A DNA stretch of 64,000 nucleotides. It comes from a virus. Shown one piece after another: positions 27,096 to 36,572 of the stretch (position 1 is the first letter of the stretch; the number at the start of each line of letters is the position of its first letter). The stretch spans positions 32,001-96,000 of IMG/VR virus record IMGVR_UViG_3300030419_007196; one strand, 5' to 3'. Made by a program: the position numbers and the translations under genes. The notes under the pieces were generated by a model. It was not told the DNA's origin and did not search any database. It saw nothing but the letters and a program-made list of their open reading frames with translations.

Positions 27096-28670
27096 TTATC
27101 CTATGAAAAACGGTAAATTTATTACTTTTTCGTTGTTATTTTTAGTAATTACTTTCTGCTCGTGTTTTTTCATCCCCCTAACTGAAGTGTCCAACACAGA
27201 TCTCTTTGTCGAGAAAGAAGCTAACATCGCTTGACTATAATTAGCTTCTCTCGTATTTGCTACCAACGCGGTGTCTCTGATCCAACAAGAAATAGCAGCA
27301 GACATAACTAGATCGTCGTTATAACTTCTCATCGCCTGAGCCTTACCATTATGCCAAACAAATGTTTTTAATTCGTTGGCCAATCTAATTGAATTAATTT
27401 TAATAACCTTGTTACGAATAAACTCTTCCAATTTTGCGACAACTAAAGGTCTTGTCTTCATAGTTGTTGAAAAGCCACAAACAACTCCAGCCTGTTCCTC
27501 TGCCATAAACCTATCAACCTGCTCGTGACTAGATTTTCTACTCCAATAAAGGTTTGGGTGCTTCATCTCTTGAAGTTTAGAAATGACCGACATGCCAATA
27601 GAATTATTCTCAACTACAGTTAGACACATACCATACTGTTTTGAGACATCAAAAATTAAATTAGCAAAAGTATCTAATGGCATTTTACCACGATATTCAG
27701 CGACCTGCTCAACTGTCTTTGTGCTAAAGACCTGAATTGCTGAATGGTCTGCACCGTCGCCTCGGGCCGGGTCGGCCACCAAAAAATACGAACCGTCATT
27801 TTGAAACGACTCCCAGATCCAAAGATTCCTATCATAGCCAGTCTTATATTTTGGCTCCCTACAGTTTTCAAAAACTCTTTCTAAGTCTTCCCCCTCAATA
27901 AGGGTCGCACCGGACATATTAAAATTGCAAAGTAACTCCTGAGCAATCTCAGTCTTTTTCATGTTTTTGGTTTCTTTTTCAAACCAAACATTATCTCTAT
28001 CTGGGTGGACATCCCACGGGAGTCTCATGGGAACAAAGTCATTTAATTCTTGTTCTGCCTCTGTATACAACTTGTGAAACATGTTTCCCACGCCTCTTGG
28101 TGTTGAAAGAATAATACAATTACCGCCAGTAGAAAGTGTTGGGTACAAACCGGCCCACAAATCGTCCAAGCCCTCAATAATTGCAGCCTCATCAATAACC
28201 AAAAGAGACAAAGCCTCGGAACGGCCAGCGTCACCGGACGTAGAAATTGCCTTAACTTGCGATCCATTATCTAACTGGAAAGAGTTCCTGTTGTTAATAA
28301 CAATTTTAGATATCATCATCCATTCCGGTAGGGACTTCATGGCTAATTTTACTTTCTTAACTAAGTTACCGGCGGTATCCAGCTTAGTTGCCATGACAAC
28401 CACATTTTTGTTTCTGTGAAACAAAAGAAGCCATGTGATATACGCGGCACTAGTAGTAGAGAGACCAAGTTGCCTCGCCTTTAAAATAATATTAAAACGA
28501 TTCGAACTAAAAGATTCCACACAGTCCTTCTGGAAGGGATACAGACTAAAAGGAATTAATCCCTTGAGCGGATGTGCAACTTTTACATAATTGTTAATAA
28601 AATAAACAGGATCTCTGCCACATTTAAGCAGTTCTTTCTTTAACTGAGATTTTGTAAGTTTGTAACCCAT
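27096..28670 (-). CDS. terL: Terminase large subunit (gp17 family)
   Basis: Walker A ILKARQLGLST, Walker B LLVIDEAA, STPRG, nuclease ADPARGDGAD and NDDLVM. Confidence 0.97.
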   Translation of the reverse strand: MGYKLTKSQLKKELLKCGRDPVYFINNYVKVAHPLKGLIPFSLYPFQKDCVESFSSNRFNIILKARQLGLSTTSAAYITWLLLFHRNKNVVVMATKLDTAGNLVKKVKLAMKSLPEWMMISKIVINNRNSFQLDNGSQVKAISTSGDAGRSEALSLLVIDEAAIIEGLDDLWAGLYPTLSTGGNCIILSTPRGVGNMFHKLYTEAEQELNDFVPMRLPWDVHPDRDNVWFEKETKNMKKTEIAQELLCNFNMSGATLIEGEDLERVFENCREPKYKTGYDRNLWIWESFQNDGSYFLVADPARGDGADHSAIQVFSTKTVEQVAEYRGKMPLDTFANLIFDVSKQYGMCLTVVENNSIGMSVISKLQEMKHPNLYWSRKSSHEQVDRFMAEEQAGVVCGFSTTMKTRPLVVAKLEEFIRNKVIKINSIRLANELKTFVWHNGKAQAMRSYNDDLVMSAAISCWIRDTALVANTREANYSQAMLASFSTKRSVLDTSVRGMKKHEQKVITKNNNEKVINLPFFIG

Positions 28671-29206
28671 TAAACATTTCTTATCTTATTTAACCGGTTG
28701 TGAATATTAAAAGCTGATGTTTCTTTAATAAAGTTCTTGATTGTATCTAATTTATGAGCCTTCTGCTCAAGACCCTGCACTTCTTCCGCGCCGGCGCCAC
28801 CAACCTTGTATACTTTTTTAGCAACACAGTTATATCTTTTGCGGTTAAGGTATTGAATTAAAATATCCTCTTCGCCAACCTGACTTAAATTAAGTCTTCC
28901 AACACCCATAGCAGCACATTCCTTTTTTAGAAAGTTTTCAATATTGGTAAAAGTATCCAAAATATCCTGCTTAATATTTTCTGCTGACTTGCCATGAAAA
29001 TCTCTAGGTGACATCATGGCATGGTAATTGATAATTAAATGATTTCCATGGAATCTGGCGCTGAAGCCATCCATGACCCTGCTATCAGTAATTGGGTTGC
29101 CAGCTTCTCGCTTTAAGCCAATTGCGACACTTGGATCGCCGCTGTCATATCCCTTTTGAGACATGATGTTTGCAACTGCAGTTGCTAAGTCGTTAATGTT
29201 TGCCAT
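28670..29206 (-). CDS. Hypothetical protein upstream of terminase
   Basis: 178-aa ORF coupled to terL. Confidence 0.7.
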   Translation of the reverse strand: MANINDLATAVANIMSQKGYDSGDPSVAIGLKREAGNPITDSRVMDGFSARFHGNHLIINYHAMMSPRDFHGKSAENIKQDILDTFTNIENFLKKECAAMGVGRLNLSQVGEEDILIQYLNRKRYNCVAKKVYKVGGAGAEEVQGLEQKAHKLDTIKNFIKETSAFNIHNRLNKIRNV

Positions 29207-29208
29207 GA

Positions 29209-29547
29209 TTATTCCCTCTTTCGGCCCTCATAATAAATTATATAGCACTTTTCGCAGGCGCCATATTTATGATAAAAGACTTTATCGTTTAAAGATGTAA
29301 TTTTTACATCACACTTTTGACAAGTCTTAACCTTTCTCCTATTAATTAGTTTTTCGTCCAATAAAAACCCTGCCTCTTGTTCGATCTTATTTGACGTTAC
29401 CTGTTGAGCGGCGCTCTTTAGTTGTTCTAAATATTTTTTTTCTTTCTCTGGAGTCCAATATTTAGCCGGGTTTTCAATTGCTTCTTCGCCATATTTTTCT
29501 GATATGGCTTTCTCTAAGCCTGCGATATAATTTTGGTCTTTTTTCAT
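29209..29547 (-). CDS. Hypothetical protein with two CxxC pairs
   Basis: CQKC and CEKC. Confidence 0.7.
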   Translation of the reverse strand: MKKDQNYIAGLEKAISEKYGEEAIENPAKYWTPEKEKKYLEQLKSAAQQVTSNKIEQEAGFLLDEKLINRRKVKTCQKCDVKITSLNDKVFYHKYGACEKCYIIYYEGRKRE

Positions 29548-29981
29548 TTACTCGCCTGTGCGGCGGCATAAAAGATTCCGATGGACATTCCAACACCGGC
29601 TATAAAGCCACCAACAAACCATAACTTAGTATAGTCTGGTTTTTGTGAATTTTTAAGGGCGGTGTGTAATCTTTTAACCTCGCCATCTTTTATTCTCATA
29701 AGCTCATTAAACTTTTTCTTGTTTGTGTCGCGATCGATGACAATAAGTCTTTTTTCAAAATTACATTCGGCTTTAATCTTTTTAACTGAATAGTCCATAT
29801 TCAACTCGCAGATTTTAACAGCACTTTCTCTTTTTGCTGCAATAGTCGCCTCTGCCTTCTTGTCTAACAGGATGCCATCAAAGGGTGCCTTTTGACCCTT
29901 TTTTATTGCCGCTATTTTACCATTAGCAAAACAAAAAACTGGCATAAAAGTTATTAGTAAGATAATTGCTGTGGTTTTCAT
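29544..29981 (-). CDS. Exported protein with signal peptide and C-terminal TM (spanin-like?)
   Basis: MKTTAIILLITFMPVFCFA signal, coiled coil, C-terminal WFVGGFIAGVGMSIGIFYAA. Confidence 0.45.
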   Translation of the reverse strand: MKTTAIILLITFMPVFCFANGKIAAIKKGQKAPFDGILLDKKAEATIAAKRESAVKICELNMDYSVKKIKAECNFEKRLIVIDRDTNKKKFNELMRIKDGEVKRLHTALKNSQKPDYTKLWFVGGFIAGVGMSIGIFYAAAQASK

Positions 29982-30385
29982 TCTTCAACCTCAACGATCT
30001 CCAAACCAAACTCATCAGCTAAAACGTGCAAGCGCAAGTCTTCAGGCATCTCGATAATTTCTTTGATGCGCTTCTTTTCTTCCCGTTTAATTTTTTTGCC
30101 TTGCGCTTTACGCTCTTCCTCTACCGCAGTAACAACTACACTAAAGTCCTCTTGAGCTTTTTTGATCTTCTTAACTTCTTCTTCATGGGCGTTATTTACA
30201 ATTTTAAGCTCTTCTTTGCCTTGCTTTATCTTATCGTGAAACATCTCTTGATAAAGATATTTTGCTCTCTTCTTAGCAAATCTAGTAAGAATAAAGCCCA
30301 CGACTAAAATCACACCAGCCCACCAGTGTGTTTTAGTCCAAATCCAAATTTTGTTTAAAATATGTTTAGCTGTTAGCCAAGTCAT
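29978..30385 (-). CDS. N-terminal TM plus coiled-coil protein (i-spanin-like?)
   Basis: WWAGVILVVGFIL TM followed by a charged coiled coil. Confidence 0.45.
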   Translation of the reverse strand: MTWLTAKHILNKIWIWTKTHWWAGVILVVGFILTRFAKKRAKYLYQEMFHDKIKQGKEELKIVNNAHEEEVKKIKKAQEDFSVVVTAVEEERKAQGKKIKREEKKRIKEIIEMPEDLRLHVLADEFGLEIVEVEE

Positions 30386-30579
30386 TATTTTCCTTTGAAG
30401 CGAGCTACCACGTCAACGAAACCTTGCGTTCCGACGTATGCTGTAGCGATGATGATCCATTGTTCTGAATCAACTTTCTCCGCTAAGAGAAGCCCTGTTG
30501 TTGTTAGCCATACCAAAAGTTTCTTTGATACAAATCTTTCTAAGTGCCTATCGGCAAATGCTTTTACTGCTGCCACCAT
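30385..30579 (-). CDS. Putative holin
   Basis: 64 aa, SKKLLVW start, two short hydrophobic segments. Confidence 0.5.
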   Translation of the reverse strand: MVAAVKAFADRHLERFVSKKLLVWLTTTGLLLAEKVDSEQWIIIATAYVGTQGFVDVVARFKGK

Positions 30580-30600
30580 TTTACCCTCTCTGGTTAGTTA

Positions 30601-30663
30601 TTAACCGCAGCAGCAATCGCAGCCGCAGTCCTTTTCACATTTACAATTATCACATCCACACAT
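30601..30663 (-). CDS. Uncalled 20-aa Cys-rich metallothionein-like peptide MCGCDNCKCEKDCGCDCCCG
   Basis: SD AAGGA 7 nt before ATG; 9 Cys of 20 residues in CxC/CCC arrangement; fills the gap between Mre11-Rad50 and the holin-like gene. Confidence 0.75.
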   Translation of the reverse strand: MCGCDNCKCEKDCGCDCCCG

Positions 30664-30673
30664 TTTTTATTCC

Positions 30674-33600
30674 TTATTGATTAACAAATGCATATCCGTC
30701 ATCTGTTTTAGAGATTTCAATAGTCATATCGACAATATCTTTTAAACTCTCTATGTGAGTAATTAGTAAAGTAACATCAAAATATCCCTTTACAAGATCC
30801 AAGATTCGAACAAAACCTTCCATATTTTCAGCGTCTAAAGCAGTCCCCGGCTCATCAAGAATAAACAGGTTGCTCTTGGGCATATTACTTACATTCAACA
30901 GCGCAATTCTAATAGCTATAGCAGCTAAAGTTTTCTCTGCCCCAGATCCATTTTCCAAAGGTCGGGGGTCATGTTTAGGATGCTTAATCTGAATGTCAAG
31001 CTTATTATCGTTGTTTTCAAAAAATACTTGAAAGTCCACCACATTAGAAAGAACTTTTGCGATTTCATCGTTAATCAGCGGCAGCGCCCTTTTAATGACA
31101 TCGAAAGCAATTCCGTTGCTATGCATACACGTCAGAAATAAATGATGTGCTGAATACTCAGCGCTCAACCTATCTCGCTCCTTCCTCAAGTGCTCTAAAT
31201 TTTCTAGTTTTTGTTCTAGAGCGCCATGTGTTCCAATCAAAGAATACAAACACTCGTTGCATTCACCAATTTTCTTTTGCCTCTCTTCAACTTCAGCTTT
31301 TTTAGACTCTAATTCTGAATAAAGCTTTTCTGTATTCTCTAAAAGCTCTTTGTTTTCTTCATAGTAACGAATCTTTTCCGTCAACTCTTGTATTAGTGAA
31401 GTACTCTTTACTAAGCTACCCGACATTCTCTCATGTTGAAATTTTAAACTCATCAAGAGAGATTTTTCATCCCTCCCCTTGCTTGAAAGTTTATTATAGT
31501 TTTCTATTCTAGATCTAATCTTTCTAACATCAAACCCGCCTAATTCACGATTTTTAAAGCCTAGTTGGTCTTCTAAAGTTTTTATTAATTCTGTTTGTTT
31601 GCTGATTTCTTTTTCAGCCTTCAGAGCGCCGTCCATGTATTTGTGTATTGGACAGTGTTCGCTACACGGAACATCGTGTAAGACGCGAGTTTGTTTATTA
31701 TAGTTATCAAGATCCTTTTCAGCATGACCTTTTTGCTGTGTTAGTTTAGCAATCTCTTTCTCAATCTCACCAACTCGGCTAAGTTCACTATCAAGAGTGT
31801 CGATGTCGATCATCGCTAAAAGTTTTTCGCTCTTTTTAAGAAAGTTTTCCTTTTCACCAATTTGTTGTAGAAGGTCCTCTATTTTTTTAATAAGCTTATC
31901 TTCATGGGCCTCTTGTTCAAGTAATTGCTGTCTAATATCATTAATGTCGATTCTTTCATCTGGAAGTTCGGATAAATTTGCCTCCAAGTCAGTTATTTCT
32001 TTCTGAAGTGTGCCTAGCTCTTCTTTCAAATCAGCACATTCATTTTTCTTCTTCGCAACATCAGCGCCGGCTTCAAAAATTTCTTTTTTAACCCTCTTAA
32101 TGTCCTCATCATAATCTATGTCCTTGACCCGCTTTAGAACACCTCTTAATTCTGATACCTCTTCTTTTGCTAATTTAAATTTTCTCTCAAAGAATTCAAG
32201 ATCTAAGAATTTAGCCAAAATTTCTTTGCGCCTAGTTGAACCTTCGTTAATAAAGTTCATAGCGCCCATTTGCGAGGCCATAGAGGTGGTTAGGAAGTCC
32301 TCTAAGCTTCCAAAGACATTCCGTATCGCCTTGTCGGTTCCGCCGCGCTCAGTCTGGTTTAAAGAGCCTTTCTCGTCAGACACCTGATCTACAAAATCGA
32401 AGTCCGCTTGAGTTCTCGCCTCATTCGTAGTCTTACCCTTAAGTTTCTTAACATACTTCTCCGATTTCCTAGAAATCGTGTAAGTCTTATTATTTGCCTC
32501 AATCTCCACCACGCCAGAGCCTTGGTCCTTATTTTGGTTGATAATGTTGTAAGTCTTTCGAATATTTTTAGAAGTATTATTATAGATTGTGTAGAGCAGT
32601 GAATCAATGATGCTAGATTTACCACTAAAGTTTTTTCCAAAGATTCCCACAGTTCCAGCAAGTTTAGTAAAATCGACAGAATTGCCTTCTCCGTAGTTGA
32701 ATAGATTGTCCCAGCCGAACTTCTTAATTTTCCAATGAACGTTCCTAGAAACGTCTTCACTTTCTTCGACAACCTTATTATATCTTGAATTAAGAGCGTA
32801 GACTTCATCCAAAGTTTCCTCAGATGGATTAAAGTCCATCAAGTACTCCTTAATTAGCTCTTGTTGAGTCTTTTCGTCTCTCAGATTTTCAAACAATTCT
32901 GCGTCAATTTTACCTTCAACAGATAGGTCGTTTGCACCATGTCGACTCAAGAAAGTAATTGATTCTGGCTTAAACCTATGCTTCGCGATCTTTACTGCTC
33001 TTCGAAGTTTTTCTAGTGGAATGTTAGAATTTGAAACAAGTCTCAACCTTGCCCCATGCTGACATTCGAATTTGTTGGGAATCCTGCCCGTTTTTGTAAG
33101 GTTGATTGTGACAAATGGCTTTGGGTTATTAAAATTTATCTTCCTTCTTTCGAAATCTGTCTTACTTTTAATGTCCCAAATGTATATCCCCTTGTCGTTG
33201 GTTTCGCCAAAGTTTTGTTGTATTGTTGAGCCTGCATAGGCGATGGTGCCTTCCTTGTTGAGATCTTGTGTCTTGTGGATGTCTCCTAAAAAAGCATAAT
33301 CAAAATCATCAAAAATTGAAATGTCGTGCTCGCCATGTTCCATAACAAAACCGATATCTGTTCTAGAATATTTAACTGCGCCATGATAAAGGCCAATATT
33401 AATCTTTTCTGGCTTTGTTGGCTGAACCCAATTGTCCTCGTCAAAGACAGACAGAACATTAAGACAAAAATCTTTATCTAGATGGGTTTCGCCTGCATTT
33501 TTTAACAAATAAAGACTTGGATGATCCAAGGCTTCTACAATAGGAGTAATAGCATCTTGGCGATAAGAGTTGCGCAGGTTACCATCATGATTACCCAGAA

Positions 33601-33826
33601 TGACGTAAGTTGGAGCAATGTTTGCCAAGTTCTTCAAAAAATCTGAACACAGTTCAACGAACTCCGGGGAGATCTGTGTTTTAGTATGTGCGATATCTCC
33701 ACAATGGATAATACAGTCTACCTTTTCTTCTTTAAGCGTTTTGTAAAGCTGTCCAAAAACTTCCCGATATTCCTTGTGGAATTTTAGGTTTTTGATGTGG
33801 GTGTCTGCGATGTGCGCGAATTTCAT
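30674..33826 (-). CDS. Fused Mre11/SbcD nuclease-Rad50/SbcC ATPase (gp47-gp46 fusion)
   Basis: HIADTH, CGDIAH, GNHD, LGDIH phosphoesterase motifs, then Walker A GKNFSGKSS, coiled coil, SGAE, FILDEP and ITH. Confidence 0.93.
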   Translation of the reverse strand: MKFAHIADTHIKNLKFHKEYREVFGQLYKTLKEEKVDCIIHCGDIAHTKTQISPEFVELCSDFLKNLANIAPTYVILGNHDGNLRNSYRQDAITPIVEALDHPSLYLLKNAGETHLDKDFCLNVLSVFDEDNWVQPTKPEKINIGLYHGAVKYSRTDIGFVMEHGEHDISIFDDFDYAFLGDIHKTQDLNKEGTIAYAGSTIQQNFGETNDKGIYIWDIKSKTDFERRKINFNNPKPFVTINLTKTGRIPNKFECQHGARLRLVSNSNIPLEKLRRAVKIAKHRFKPESITFLSRHGANDLSVEGKIDAELFENLRDEKTQQELIKEYLMDFNPSEETLDEVYALNSRYNKVVEESEDVSRNVHWKIKKFGWDNLFNYGEGNSVDFTKLAGTVGIFGKNFSGKSSIIDSLLYTIYNNTSKNIRKTYNIINQNKDQGSGVVEIEANNKTYTISRKSEKYVKKLKGKTTNEARTQADFDFVDQVSDEKGSLNQTERGGTDKAIRNVFGSLEDFLTTSMASQMGAMNFINEGSTRRKEILAKFLDLEFFERKFKLAKEEVSELRGVLKRVKDIDYDEDIKRVKKEIFEAGADVAKKKNECADLKEELGTLQKEITDLEANLSELPDERIDINDIRQQLLEQEAHEDKLIKKIEDLLQQIGEKENFLKKSEKLLAMIDIDTLDSELSRVGEIEKEIAKLTQQKGHAEKDLDNYNKQTRVLHDVPCSEHCPIHKYMDGALKAEKEISKQTELIKTLEDQLGFKNRELGGFDVRKIRSRIENYNKLSSKGRDEKSLLMSLKFQHERMSGSLVKSTSLIQELTEKIRYYEENKELLENTEKLYSELESKKAEVEERQKKIGECNECLYSLIGTHGALEQKLENLEHLRKERDRLSAEYSAHHLFLTCMHSNGIAFDVIKRALPLINDEIAKVLSNVVDFQVFFENNDNKLDIQIKHPKHDPRPLENGSGAEKTLAAIAIRIALLNVSNMPKSNLFILDEPGTALDAENMEGFVRILDLVKGYFDVTLLITHIESLKDIVDMTIEISKTDDGYAFVNQ

Positions 33827-34775
33827 ATATGTTACCTTTTAGTTTCTCATTAATAAGAAAGAAATCAGAATTAACCTCTGTGGCGTTATTTTTTCGGTCC
33901 TCAAAAACGCTTTTTGGCATTTCAGCGATGTCCTCATATCCCTTGGTATCAATAACAAAAATTTTAATGTTGTCTTTTAATAAATTTTTAATAATTTGAT
34001 TCTGCTTTTTAACTGCGTCGGCATCCAAAGCAAGATAAACAACTGTATTGTTTTCGACAACCCTCTTTCTCAGCAGAGATTTTTTGCTCAAAGTAGAGCC
34101 TAATAATGGTATTGCATTATTGCCAGCCCTAATAGCATCAAATACGCCTTCAACTATTATAACAGGTTTTTCAAAGTTAATCAACAATTCGTTAAAAACC
34201 ATTTTGCTTTTAGCAATCGGAGGATTCTTATACTTATAAGAATCATCATAGTAAGTCCTAGCAATAAAAAAATTACAATCCCCTTGTTCATCAAAAGAGG
34301 GTATTATAATTCTATTTTCATATTCTCCATAGGGACAAAATCCTATTTTATATTTAAGTATCTCTTGTGGGCCGATGCCCCGCCTTTTTAAATAATTGAT
34401 CGCCGCATAAGAGTTTGACAGATCCTTTCTTCCTAGAAACAAATAATCGTTTGGAAGTTCCAAAGCAACTTTCTTCTCTCCCTTGTTTGAAAACATTTCC
34501 AAAATTCTTTGATCGAAATTGTCAATTTTTATAGTTTTGTCTAACTTCAACCATTCAGAGATATCTTTTTGATCTCCAAATCGACGGATTAGAGAAAAAA
34601 TCTTCTTGCCAGATGTGTCACACACCCAGCACTTCCAAGCGTTTTTACTTAAATTAATTGAAAGTTTCTTTTTATGATGATTACAAAAAGGACAGTGAAA
34701 GAGGGTCTCACTTGAGGATTGAGAATAATCGCCCAAAATACCTTTTAAGATGAATTTTTTCTTTCTTTCTGACAT
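33732..34775 (-). CDS. DNA primase (DnaG/gp61-like)
   Basis: Zinc finger CPFC...WKCWVC, RIIIP, KYKNP, TOPRIM EGVFDA and LDAD. Confidence 0.9.
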   Translation of the reverse strand: MSERKKKFILKGILGDYSQSSSETLFHCPFCNHHKKKLSINLSKNAWKCWVCDTSGKKIFSLIRRFGDQKDISEWLKLDKTIKIDNFDQRILEMFSNKGEKKVALELPNDYLFLGRKDLSNSYAAINYLKRRGIGPQEILKYKIGFCPYGEYENRIIIPSFDEQGDCNFFIARTYYDDSYKYKNPPIAKSKMVFNELLINFEKPVIIVEGVFDAIRAGNNAIPLLGSTLSKKSLLRKRVVENNTVVYLALDADAVKKQNQIIKNLLKDNIKIFVIDTKGYEDIAEMPKSVFEDRKNNATEVNSDFFLINEKLKGNIYEIRAHRRHPHQKPKIPQGISGSFWTALQNA

Positions 34776-35278
34776 TCTAAGTAACCAGCTTGGGCGATAA
34801 TATAACTGTCTGCCCGATCATAACTTCCCGGCTTGGGATTATTGTTTCTGGTATATTCTACCTCAAAACCGCCTACGTTGTCAAGGACAAATTTTAACAC
34901 GACCGCTTTGGCTTTTTGGCCGCGCTGGATCTTAACACCGCTAGCTTTTCTAGCCGACGAGGCAGAAACATACTCTGGCTCTCTGGCGAAAACATTATAA
35001 CACAACCAACTAACAACCCCGTTAAATTTTGAAAGGAGTGTAAGAGTTTTTGCTGACGAAAAGCCCGCCCTGAACATTTGCAAAGATTGCTCAATCACAA
35101 TTTTTGTGATTGGAAATTCTATCCTTATATCCATTAATTTATTATTAATAAATGAGGCTTTGTCAAAAAAGTTTTTTATTTTACGAGCATCCCAAGCTTC
35201 ACAATAAACTACGTTGCCGCTGAGATCTATTACTGTCGCACCAGTAATACTAGTGGACACATCTAATCCTAATATCAT
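34745..35278 (-). CDS. RuvC-like Holliday junction resolvase
   Basis: MILGLDVSTSITG, IVIEQ, YDRADSYIIA catalytic pattern. Confidence 0.85.
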   Translation of the reverse strand: MILGLDVSTSITGATVIDLSGNVVYCEAWDARKIKNFFDKASFINNKLMDIRIEFPITKIVIEQSLQMFRAGFSSAKTLTLLSKFNGVVSWLCYNVFAREPEYVSASSARKASGVKIQRGQKAKAVVLKFVLDNVGGFEVEYTRNNNPKPGSYDRADSYIIAQAGYLECQKERKNSS

Positions 35279-36564
35279 AAATCTAATTTTAACTTAAAAG
35301 TGTAATCTTGTTCAGTTGTTTTTTTAATTGGAGTCGCTAAATTTGCAACCGCAATTAAATCACCGTCTTCATCATAAATCCCTATCTTAGAAATGTGAGT
35401 GGTTGGTGAAAACGATTCAGAGTAGTTGCTAAAAGAGCTAGATACAACATTTTTAATAGTAACTAGAGTGTTCTCTTCATAGTGTTTAGAACCAGAGGAA
35501 ACAACGTATATTTGATCGTATGTTTTGGCGTCGTGGGTCTGTTTTCTCTCTATGAAGGTTGGATTGTTGCTCCAAACTAAGTCATTCTTGTTCGCATGGG
35601 CCATCATAGTATAGGTTGGCACTAGTGTTTCCCCTTCAAACTCTATTGTGTATGAGGAGCTAGCCGGGGCGTATCTAACCATTTCTGACTCTTTGCCAAT
35701 AAAAGCCTTATAAGACATGAAGTGTGCCCATCTTGGATTGTCAACCCAGCCAGTACTAACAGACTGTGAATTTACCGGGCTTAAGTACCCGTCATATTTA
35801 TCGTCATTTAAAGAATAGCTGGCCGTTATTACAATCAGGCCCTCTGGGTATAAGACAGTACCAATTGGTTCGCCGGGTTTGGCACCGGTTGTCTCATATA
35901 AAACGCCATTTTTATACAAATCTTGAGCCTCAGCAACCAAAGATCCAGTATAATAGAAAGAAAGTTTTAAACTACCCTCTTTTATTTTGTTACCACGATA
36001 TAGCCTCGGCACCTCTATTAGAGAAACATAAGCAGATAAGGGCTGGGCATAAGTTTTACCACCCGCAGGCAAGCCTTTGTTGGCTGCAACATACTTTTCA
36101 AAATCAAAATATGGACTTAAATATTTATAATAGTTGTAGACGTTGTAAAGGCTTCCAAGCTTGTGCAGGGATGATTCAAAAGAAACACCATCAAGCAACG
36201 TTGCCTCTCCGGAACCGCCCTGTACAATATAGTGTTTTTGTAAGCTAGAAGTTATATCTGTATAACTGGAGGTGTAAGTTGCGCCCACATCAAGAGCTTC
36301 CCACCCAGCATTCTTTTTTAATTGATCATTAAAGAAGCGTATTGGGTTATTCAATCTCTTTTCTAATTCAGGCTTTATAGTAAAACCGGTATGGGAATAA
36401 TCATAAACAGAAATAACATCTGTAGTATATTGGTCATGGACATCCAGACCAGAATTGATTTTTGCCTGATTAAGATAGAAATGAATTTTAAATTTTGGAT
36501 TAGCTTGAAGATAGCTTAAAAAGACATCATCTTTCTTAAATTTAAAACTTGCTTTATTAAACAT
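35275..36564 (-). CDS. Baseplate/tail structural protein with C-terminal collar-like motif
   Basis: ISKIGIYDEDGDLIAVANLATPIKK...FKLKLDL. Confidence 0.65.
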   Translation of the reverse strand: MFNKASFKFKKDDVFLSYLQANPKFKIHFYLNQAKINSGLDVHDQYTTDVISVYDYSHTGFTIKPELEKRLNNPIRFFNDQLKKNAGWEALDVGATYTSSYTDITSSLQKHYIVQGGSGEATLLDGVSFESSLHKLGSLYNVYNYYKYLSPYFDFEKYVAANKGLPAGGKTYAQPLSAYVSLIEVPRLYRGNKIKEGSLKLSFYYTGSLVAEAQDLYKNGVLYETTGAKPGEPIGTVLYPEGLIVITASYSLNDDKYDGYLSPVNSQSVSTGWVDNPRWAHFMSYKAFIGKESEMVRYAPASSSYTIEFEGETLVPTYTMMAHANKNDLVWSNNPTFIERKQTHDAKTYDQIYVVSSGSKHYEENTLVTIKNVVSSSFSNYSESFSPTTHISKIGIYDEDGDLIAVANLATPIKKTTEQDYTFKLKLDL

Positions 36565-36572
36565 ATCATTTT

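Noticed and set aside
30498-30680. 60-aa plus-strand ORF over the Cys-rich gap
   Set aside because: Antisense to the operon; the minus-strand 20-aa ORF has an SD and coherent composition.
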